Source: Eubacteriales bacterium (GTDB lineage Bacteria; Bacillota; Clostridia; Oscillospirales; CAG-272). Taken from it: DNA of 54,999 nucleotides. This document shows positions 46,591 to 54,999 of this stretch, piece by piece. The notes beneath the pieces are model-generated. The model was given only the letters and a program-made list of their open reading frames with translations, had not been told where the DNA came from and did no database searches. The first letter of the stretch is position 1; every line of letters starts with the position of its first letter. The translations under genes were made by a program, and so were the position numbers. The DNA lies in NCBI GenBank assembly GCA_045634425.1, contig JAZRAF010000045.1, positions 1-54,999 on the forward strand, read 5' to 3'.

Positions 46591-49418
46591 ATTTTTATAC
46601 CCAATTTCTCGCGAAGGAAGGCACCCGTGTAACTTTTTTCACACCTTGCGACCTCCTCGGGAGTGCCCTGTGCCACCAGAGTTCCGCCACCGTCACCGCC
46701 CTCGGGACCAAGGTCGATGATGTGGTCAGCCGTTTTTATAAGGTCGAGGTTATGCTCGATAACCACGACCGTGTTACCGCCGTCAACGAGGCGCTGAAGT
46801 ATAACGATAAGCTTTGAAACGTCCTCGGTATGGAGGCCTGTGGTAGGCTCGTCGAGGATATAAATGGTCTTGCCTGTGGAGCGCTTAGCAAGCTCGGTAG
46901 CGAGCTTAACGCGCTGTGCCTCACCGCCGGAAAGCGTGGTGGAGGACTGACCGATCTTGATATATCCAAGACCAACGTCAAACATTGTCTGAAGCTTACG
47001 CTGGATCTGAGGAAGGCCCTCGAAGAAGGTTATTCCCTCCTCTATCGACATTTCAAGAACGTCGTAGATGCTCTTACCTTTATATTTAACGTCGAGGGTA
47101 TCGCGGTTATAGCGTCTACCCTTACAAACATCACACTTTACGTAGACGTCGGGCAGGAAGTTCATCTCTATGCACTTAACGCCGTCACCCTCGCAGGCCT
47201 CACAGCGACCGCCGCGAACGTTAAAGGAGAAGCGGCCCGCATCAAATCCCTTTGCCTTCGCATCCTTGGTCTTAGCAAAGAGGTTGCGTATATCGGTAAA
47301 GAGGCCGGTATAGGTTGCGGGGTTGGATCTCGGCGTTCTGCCAATGGGGCTCTGGTCAATGGAGATGACCTTATCAAGATGCTCAAGACCCTCTACCCTA
47401 TCGACCTTGCCGGGATAGGTGATAGCGCGGTTAAGATCACGCGCAAGGGTGCGGTAAAGCACCGCATTGACAAGAGAGGATTTACCGCTACCAGAAACGC
47501 CCGTAACCGCTATAAAGCAGCCGAGGGGAAAATCAACGTTAAGGCGTTTGAGGTTGTTTTCCTCTGCTCCGACGACGCGCAGGAAGTTGCCGTTGCCGGG
47601 GCGTCTTGTTTTGGGAATATCTATATTTTTTCTGCCCGAGAGGTATGCACCCGTGATAGAGGTATCGGATGCGGCAACCTCATCGGGTGTGCCGATCGCA
47701 ACGACCTCACCGCCGTGGATACCTGCACCGGGGCCGATATCGACGATATAATCGGCGGCACGCATCGTGTCCTCATCGTGCTCAACGACTACGACGGTAT
47801 TGCCTATATCACGCAGGTTTTGAAGCGTGGCGATAAGCTTGCCGTTGTCGCGCTGGTGAAGTCCGATACTAGGCTCGTCAAGGATATAAAGAACGCCTGT
47901 GAGCGCAGAGCCGATCTGAGTTGCAAGGCGGATGCGCTGTGCCTCACCGCCCGAGAGAGTGCCCGCAGTTCTTGCAAGGTTGAGGTAATCAAGGCCTACG
48001 CTGATAAGGAAGTGAAGGCGTGCTTTGATCTCCTTAAGCACCTCTTTTGCTATCTTTGCCTCGCTTTCGGTCAAGGTAAGACCGTTGACAAATTCAAGCA
48101 TCTTATCGATCGAAAGGCGGCAGATCTCGTCTATATTAAGTCCGCCGACGGTGACACCGAGTACCATATCCGAAAGACGGCTACCGCCACACTTGGGGCA
48201 GCAAACGTCCTCGACAAACTCCTGATAATAGTCGCCGAACTTCATTTTCATTCGTTTTTCAATTATATGGATGACACCGTCAAAGGTGGCAAGCTGTTCT
48301 CTGCCCTCGCCGCCGAAGAAGCGGGTCACGCGGTATCTTTTAGTGCCTGTGCCGTACATAAGTGCATCAAGCGCTTCCTTGGAATACTCCTTGACGGGGG
48401 TGTCGAGGGTGAAGCCAAAGTCCTCGCCAACGGCGGCAATGAGAGGTCCCGTCCAGGAGTCCTCGGTCATAGTCTTAAAGCCGTTTGCGGCAAGTGCGCC
48501 GTCACGCAAGGAAAGCTCGGGGTGTGTGAGCACCTTTTTGACGGATACCATCTGCATATTTCCGATACCCGAGCACTCGGGGCACGCGCCGATGGGGTTG
48601 TTGAACGAGAACATTCTCGGCTCGAGCTCAGGAAAGCTTATGCCGTGCTCGTCGCAGGCGTATTTCTGCGAGAATTCAAGTGTCTGCTCAGTTCCATCCC
48701 TCTCGACGGTAACGACGGTGACCTTGCCGTCAGCGACCTTAAGCGCACTGTCGACGGAGTCGGAAAGGCGTGAGCGGACGTCCGGCTTTATTACAAGTCG
48801 GTCAACAACTATATCTACCGTGTGCTTGATGTTTTTGTCAAGCGTTATCTCCTCGGTGAGGTCATACATATTGCCGTCGACACGGACACGGACAAAGCCG
48901 CTTTTTCTCGCATCGGCAAAGACCTTCTCGTGCATACCCTTCTGCGCCTTGACGATAGGAGCAAGCACCATAAAGCGAGTGCCCTCGGGGAGAGTGAGTA
49001 TTTTATCAACTATCTGATCCTGGGTCTGCTGGCGTATTTCCTTATGGCATATAGGACAGTGCGGAATGCCGATACGCGCATAGAGGAGCCTTAAATAGTC
49101 GTATATCTCGGTTACGGTACCGACGGTGGAGCGAGGGTTTTTCGAGGTGGTCTTCTGATCTATCGAAATAGAGGGAGAAAGCCCCTCGATAAGGTCGACG
49201 TCGGGCTTGTCCATTTGTCCCATAAACATACGTGCATAGGACGAAAGGCTTTCAACGAAGCGCCTGTGACCCTCGGCGTAAAGAGTATCAAAGGCCAAGG
49301 ATGATTTACCGCTTCCCGAAAGGCCGGTAAGAACAACGAGCTTATCACGCGGAATGACGAGGTCGATATTCTTGAGGTTATTTACTCTTGCGCCCTTTAT
49401 GATAATTTCTTTTGACAT
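46587..49418 (-). CDS. uvrA: Excinuclease ABC subunit A
   Basis: 943 aa. [19 protein letters not shown], two ABC modules, and CxxC zinc modules. Confidence 0.97.
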   Translation of the reverse strand: MSKEIIIKGARVNNLKNIDLVIPRDKLVVLTGLSGSGKSSLAFDTLYAEGHRRFVESLSSYARMFMGQMDKPDVDLIEGLSPSISIDQKTTSKNPRSTVGTVTEIYDYLRLLYARIGIPHCPICHKEIRQQTQDQIVDKILTLPEGTRFMVLAPIVKAQKGMHEKVFADARKSGFVRVRVDGNMYDLTEEITLDKNIKHTVDIVVDRLVIKPDVRSRLSDSVDSALKVADGKVTVVTVERDGTEQTLEFSQKYACDEHGISFPELEPRMFSFNNPIGACPECSGIGNMQMVSVKKVLTHPELSLRDGALAANGFKTMTEDSWTGPLIAAVGEDFGFTLDTPVKEYSKEALDALMYGTGTKRYRVTRFFGGEGREQLATFDGVIHIIEKRMKMKFGDYYQEFVEDVCCPKCGGSRLSDMVLGVTVGGLNIDEICRLSIDKMLEFVNGLTLTESEAKIAKEVLKEIKARLHFLISVGLDYLNLARTAGTLSGGEAQRIRLATQIGSALTGVLYILDEPSIGLHQRDNGKLIATLQNLRDIGNTVVVVEHDEDTMRAADYIVDIGPGAGIHGGEVVAIGTPDEVAASDTSITGAYLSGRKNIDIPKTRRPGNGNFLRVVGAEENNLKRLNVDFPLGCFIAVTGVSGSGKSSLVNAVLYRTLARDLNRAITYPGKVDRVEGLEHLDKVISIDQSPIGRTPRSNPATYTGLFTDIRNLFAKTKDAKAKGFDAGRFSFNVRGGRCEACEGDGVKCIEMNFLPDVYVKCDVCKGRRYNRDTLDVKYKGKSIYDVLEMSIEEGITFFEGLPQIQRKLQTMFDVGLGYIKIGQSSTTLSGGEAQRVKLATELAKRSTGKTIYILDEPTTGLHTEDVSKLIVILQRLVDGGNTVVVIEHNLDLIKTADHIIDLGPEGGDGGGTLVAQGTPEEVARCEKSYTGAFLREKLGIKI

Positions 49419-49427
49419 TTTAATTTC

Positions 49428-51389
<1,962 letters not shown>

Positions 51390-51404
51390 AGGTATCTCCT
51401 TTCT

Positions 51405-52130
51405 TTATCTTCTTCCGCGAGAGCCTCCGCCACCGCTGCGACCGCCTGAGCCGCCCGAGCCGGAGCTTGTGTTTATTCTTACGCGAGTGAGAGTTTTGTG
51501 TAGGAATATATCGCGCGAGTTGGCGGGTATGAGGTCGAGCCTTGCATACCTGTCGAGCGGATATATTGGGGATTTGAGCTTTTTCTTGTATTTATAGATT
51601 ATTATACCGCAAACGATGGCGGATATTACGACGGCTAAAACGAAGGACGTGAGAATGGTCTTAAGTAGCCAATTCTCGGGGCGAAGGTCGCCGTGAACAG
51701 CGGTATCGGCAAGTGCAAAGGCACGAAGGGCGCCTGCACGGATATTGCCCGATTTTATGTTGTTATAGACGTCGGGGGCGTCGAGGATAAGGTTTGCCTC
51801 GCGATCGGTGATATCGTAATAAGCGTCACCATAGGTGAAGAGCTCATAATAATAGACGTCCTCGTAGTCATCGTATTCGACGAGGAGAATTACGGAATCA
51901 CTGCCACTGTAACGCTGTGCATCATTGCGGAAATACGATATCACGAAATAGTACTCTACCGCGCTTTGGCGGTTGAGGTCGGATAGGTAGGCATCAATAG
52001 CCGTTTCGTCCGCATCGGATAAGAGGTTATACGGATCGTAGACGTAGGATGATGCGGCGGTGGCGGTGATAGAAAATGCCGTGAATATCAAGACGGCAAG
52101 GACGGTGAGAATAAGCAGCTTTTTCATCAC
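51405..52130 (-). CDS. TPM-domain membrane protein (YdjH/YgcG-like) with a Gly/Ser/Arg-rich C-terminal tail
   Basis: 241 aa. Signal peptide or TM (MMKKLLILTVLAVLIFTAFS), VYDPYNLLSDADETAIDAYL TPM-like start, an internal TM helix, and the tail SSGSGGSGGRSGGGGSRGRR. ATGA overlap with the upstream gene. Confidence 0.7.
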   Translation of the reverse strand: MMKKLLILTVLAVLIFTAFSITATAASSYVYDPYNLLSDADETAIDAYLSDLNRQSAVEYYFVISYFRNDAQRYSGSDSVILLVEYDDYEDVYYYELFTYGDAYYDITDREANLILDAPDVYNNIKSGNIRAGALRAFALADTAVHGDLRPENWLLKTILTSFVLAVVISAIVCGIIIYKYKKKLKSPIYPLDRYARLDLIPANSRDIFLHKTLTRVRINTSSGSGGSGGRSGGGGSRGRR

Positions 52131-53191
52131 AGGAGCAGCCCTCCTATCAACGAGAACGTTGCGGTAAGGGCGGTTGCGATGCCCGCAAAGAGGAGGGAGA
52201 GCTTAGGGATGCTGATGGGGAGCTCGCCGTATATTTTGCCGGTGTTGCCGTTCATTGCGTAGGTGTAGGTCTTTGTCTTTTTTCTGCCCTCGTGGCGGTA
52301 GGTGAGTATCCATATCGGCATAAGGGAGTATTCCCAATGCGAGTTGTCGATGCGGACGATAGTGTCACCGCTGTCGACGGTGGTGTAGCCGTGGATAGTG
52401 CCGTGAAGGAGAGCCGATGCGTAGCCGTCCATTTTTGAGCGGACGGTGGCGGTGGGGTCTTCCCTTTCGATATTTCTCTTCTTGGCGAAGTAGCCGTGAA
52501 GATACGGCATATCGAAATTGATATACGCATCGGTGGGATACGGAAGGATGCCCTCAAGCATCTTCTGATCCTCGTCGGATATTGCGACGGAGGTTATGTC
52601 CTCAAAGTGTATTTTACCGTTTCTTGTGAGGGAGTAGTGCGAGGTTTCGGTATAACGATAGTTGCCCGAGCGCCAGGTGCGCACCCTTCTCGCCTTGGTG
52701 TCAAGGGTGGAATCGGTATCGGCATCGGTGACCCAGAAGGGGTAATAGATACCCGTGATCTTATCGGCGTGGGCGTCGGAGAAATAGTCCTTGGGGACGA
52801 ATTTATGCTTTTTTGCAAAGCGAAGGAAGATGTCCTTCGCCTCGGTTTTATCAAACTTAAAGGGGATGATCTTGGTGGGGCGCATCGCACCCGTTACCTT
52901 ATCGGCGAGGACTATCGGGTTATGGCAGTAGTAGCAGAAATCGGCGACGGTGGTCTTATCGGCGATTATCTCTGCGCCGCAGCTTTGACAGTGGTATTCG
53001 GATACCTCGGATGCAAAGCCCGCATTATCCTCCTCGATGCGCTTTGCGCGCTCGGCAGAGGCGGTTTCGAGAAGCTCCTCGGCCGTAAAATCGGAAAGGC
53101 AGAATTCGCACGAAAACCTCTGCTTTTCCGCATTGAACAACAGACCCGCATCACAGTTCGGGCACTTGTAGGTTATCGTCGATCCTGCCAT
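52127..53191 (-). CDS. Double zinc-ribbon protein with a C-terminal TM anchor (YdjG-like)
   Basis: 354 aa. CPNCDAG...CEFC and CQSCGAE...CYYC ribbons, a soluble domain of about 230 aa, and a terminal hydrophobic helix LLFAGIATALTATFSLIGGLLL. Confidence 0.7.
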   Translation of the reverse strand: MAGSTITYKCPNCDAGLLFNAEKQRFSCEFCLSDFTAEELLETASAERAKRIEEDNAGFASEVSEYHCQSCGAEIIADKTTVADFCYYCHNPIVLADKVTGAMRPTKIIPFKFDKTEAKDIFLRFAKKHKFVPKDYFSDAHADKITGIYYPFWVTDADTDSTLDTKARRVRTWRSGNYRYTETSHYSLTRNGKIHFEDITSVAISDEDQKMLEGILPYPTDAYINFDMPYLHGYFAKKRNIEREDPTATVRSKMDGYASALLHGTIHGYTTVDSGDTIVRIDNSHWEYSLMPIWILTYRHEGRKKTKTYTYAMNGNTGKIYGELPISIPKLSLLFAGIATALTATFSLIGGLLL

Positions 53192-53220
53192 ATTCCTCTC
53201 CTTATTTGAAGGTATTTAGA

Positions 53221-54477
53221 TTATCTTTTGTTGCCGCAATTGTTGCAGAATTTTGCTTCTGCCGCGTTTTTATGTCCGCATTCGGTGCAAAACCACTCTG
53301 CCGCGGGCTTTTTAGAGCCGCAGTTGGGGCAGAAGTTGCCGCTGCACTCGGTGCCGCAGGAGCACTTCCAGGTGCCCTTGGGTGCAGGCTTCTTTGAGCC
53401 GCAGAGGGAGCAGAAATTGCCGTTTGAGGTTGCGCCACAGGAGCACTTCCAGCCATCGTTTGCTGCCGCTTCCCTAGCCTTATCCATCTCGCGACGGTTG
53501 GTTTCGGATGCTGCGCCCATAAAGCTGCCGCCGGCATTCATACCAAGACCCATACCCATAAATGCAGTTGTCGAGCCTGAAGAATTAGAGCCTGCAGCCT
53601 CGATACCACGGGCAACCGAGCCCTGTACGTAACCCTCTCTGACGGTGGGGTCGGAGAGCATTGCGCCCTTGTTGCGCATATTGATAAGCTCCTTAGACTC
53701 GTCGTCATAGGAGACGGAAGCTATACCAACAGACTGTATCTCAAAGCCGCGTGCGCTCTTCCAGCCCTCGTCGAGCTCCTTTGCCATATAGCTTGAAAGC
53801 TCGCGAGCCTTGCCTGCTACGTGGGAGATTCTTATACCGTCGGCAGACATACGGTTGATCGCGGAGGTGAGTGCCTCGAGAAACTCGGAGAGGTACTGCT
53901 CGTTGATCTCAGCGATGTCTACCCTATCGGTATTTTTCGGAATGACCTCGGTATAGAACTTTACGGGGTCGGTGATCTTTATAGAATAGTTACCGTGTGC
54001 ACGGAGGAAGAGCTCGGAGTTGTAGAAGGAATCAAAGTAGTTTACAGGGGTGCGGGTACCGAACTTGATGCCCTTGATCTCCTGAAGATTGATAAAGTAA
54101 GCCTTCTGTGCATAGGAGGGGGTGCCGCCGAACTTAATGCGAGCGAAGGCATCCTTGATGGATGCGCCGAGCTGACCTGCAAAGAGCGAGGGAGCGGCGG
54201 AGTTATCCACCTTATAGTAGCCCTCCTCAGCGGTGAAGTCGATGATCCTGCCGCCCTCGACAAGCATCATAAACTGACCGGGATATACGTGAATTACCGA
54301 GCCGTTGGAAATAACGTCCTCGGTTGCGCGCTTATTGCTTGAGCGCTTGTCGGTTCTTACCTTAACGCCCTTAGTAAATACGGTGGTGTCACTCATTTCA
54401 TCTGCTTCGATGACCTCGAGCCACTGGTCGGCGAGGTTGCCGCTCATAGCTCCGAAGAAAGCCTTAATAATGCCCAT
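53221..54477 (-). CDS. SPFH/Band-7-like protein of the YdjI (COG4260) type with three C-terminal zinc ribbons
   Basis: 418 aa. The N-terminus MGIIKAFFGAMSGNLADQW... is characteristic of the YdjI-type ('virion core protein-like') SPFH family as I remember it. The C-terminus carries three CxCG...FCxxCG ribbons. Confidence 0.75.
   Translation of the reverse strand: MGIIKAFFGAMSGNLADQWLEVIEADEMSDTTVFTKGVKVRTDKRSSNKRATEDVISNGSVIHVYPGQFMMLVEGGRIIDFTAEEGYYKVDNSAAPSLFAGQLGASIKDAFARIKFGGTPSYAQKAYFINLQEIKGIKFGTRTPVNYFDSFYNSELFLRAHGNYSIKITDPVKFYTEVIPKNTDRVDIAEINEQYLSEFLEALTSAINRMSADGIRISHVAGKARELSSYMAKELDEGWKSARGFEIQSVGIASVSYDDESKELINMRNKGAMLSDPTVREGYVQGSVARGIEAAGSNSSGSTTAFMGMGLGMNAGGSFMGAASETNRREMDKAREAAANDGWKCSCGATSNGNFCSLCGSKKPAPKGTWKCSCGTECSGNFCPNCGSKKPAAEWFCTECGHKNAAEAKFCNNCGNKR
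53315..53452 (-). repeat. Imperfect tandem duplication (81-nt period) encoding zinc-ribbon units 1 and 2 of the SPFH protein
   Basis: GAGCCGCAG...GCAGAA(G/A)TTGCC...GC(C/G)(G/A)CAGGAGCACTTCCAG occurs at 53315-53372 and 53396-53452. The protein repeats are WKCSCGATSNGNFCSLCGSKKPA and WKCSCGTECSGNFCPNCGSKKPA. Confidence 0.85.
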
Positions 54478-54492
54478 TTGAATTCACCTTTC

Positions 54493-54834
54493 TTAGAGAT
54501 ATCTCCATTTTTTACATTTTGCGATATACTTTGCGCAAGCGTCCTCACGCCAGCCGAACACCTCGGCAATAGCACCGACGTTATCCACTCCAAGCTCCTC
54601 AGCCACGGGGATAAGACGCACTGCAATAGCGCGGTCGAATGCGGCAAAGAGAAGAAATACGGTGCCGTAGAATCCGATAGCGGATATGGCGAAGAAGATA
54701 GCGAGCATAACGTAGTTGCGCGCATCCATAAAGCTGTTTACGAGAAGAAGGGATGCAACGCCCACGGCGGCGGATACTGCGCCCGAAATTATATATGCAA
54801 TTCTTGCGTTCTTTGCCCTTTTCAAGTTATTCAT
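54493..54834 (-). CDS. Hypothetical small membrane protein (2 TM helices plus a basic C-terminal domain of about 45 aa)
   Basis: 113 aa. Two hydrophobic helices (AYIISGAVSAAVGVASLLLV and VMLAIFFAISAIGFYGTVFLLFAAF), then ...EELGVDNVGAIAEVFGWREDACAKYIAKCKKWRYL. GAGG lies 6 nt upstream. No family recognised. Confidence 0.6.
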   Translation of the reverse strand: MNNLKRAKNARIAYIISGAVSAAVGVASLLLVNSFMDARNYVMLAIFFAISAIGFYGTVFLLFAAFDRAIAVRLIPVAEELGVDNVGAIAEVFGWREDACAKYIAKCKKWRYL

Positions 54835-54842
54835 AGGACGCC

Positions 54843-54999
54843 TCAGTTATCCCAGTTGGTATATACTGCGTTGACGTCGTCGTCCTCGTTGAACTTATCG
54901 AGCATCTTTTCCATATTCTCTACGTCCTCGGGATTTTCGAGAGTTACGTAGGTGGAAGGAACCTTTGCGAGGTCGGCGGTGTTGATCTTGTAGCCAAGA
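54843..54999 (-). CDS. yebC: YebC/PmpR-family transcriptional regulator, C-terminal 52 codons (5' end off the right edge)
   Basis: Manual reverse translation gives ...YKINTADLAKVPSTYVTLENPEDVENMEKMLDKFNEDDDVNAVYTNWDN*, a typical YebC/TACO1 C-terminus. The TGA stop is at 54843-45. Confidence 0.8.
   Translation of the reverse strand, partial: LGYKINTADLAKVPSTYVTLENPEDVENMEKMLDKFNEDDDVNAVYTNWDN

Noticed and set aside
46830-48773. 647-aa plus-strand ORF
   Set aside because: Codon-aligned antisense shadow of uvrA.
51390-51404. LexA (Cheo-box, GAAC-N4-GTTC) operator upstream of uvrB
   Set aside because: The gap is only 15 nt. Neither the gap nor the adjacent 3' end of the TPM gene contains a GAAC-N4-GTTC motif, and I saw no such motif near the other promoter regions in this window.
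53202-53632. 111-aa minus-strand and 134-aa plus-strand ORFs overlapping the zinc-ribbon coding repeats
   Set aside because: They are alternative-frame or antisense readings of the GC-rich Cys/Gly codon repeats of the SPFH gene. They yield Ala/Pro-rich nonsense and have no start signals.

Overview
This 55-kb window looks like core chromosome from a Firmicute, probably a Clostridia-type organism (inferred from gene order only, no database search). Supporting synteny blocks are infC-rpmI-rplT, dprA-topA-trmFO-plsX-rnc-radical SAM-smc-ftsY-yhbY-nadD-yqeK-rsfS-leuS, lon-engB, scpA-scpB-ytfI-ytfJ-dacB-rluB, dxs-miaB-ricA-mutS-mutL-tgt, upp, and uvrB-uvrA-nrdG-dut. I support about 55 protein-coding genes, packed tightly with many overlapping stop/start codons. 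I found no rRNA, tRNA, CRISPR array, transposase, integrase or prophage signal, and every intergenic gap is under 300 nt. Five near-consensus sigma-70 promoters, several intrinsic terminators and one leader attenuator can be read directly. Two segments look accessory. The first (35959-41767) is an AraC regulator divergent from an operon of two xylose-isomerase-like TIM-barrel enzymes, two Gfo/Idh/MocA oxidoreductases and an SDR. It has no transporter, kinase or glycoside hydrolase, so it may be a keto-sugar, keto-glycoside or inositol-type pathway. The second (51405-54834) is a four-gene membrane module: an unknown 2-TM protein, an SPFH protein with a triple zinc-ribbon tail, a double-zinc-ribbon membrane protein and a TPM-domain protein. 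It resembles Bacillus ydjGHI but has no pspA, and it sits without terminators between yebC and uvrBA. This module is my best candidate for a poorly described system. The family is partly known, so it is a variant architecture rather than something entirely new. Many long ORFs in the track are antisense artefacts of codon bias, and several track ORFs carry false N-terminal extensions, which I corrected using RBS position and neighbouring stop codons. All functional calls rest on motif recognition and synteny by eye.
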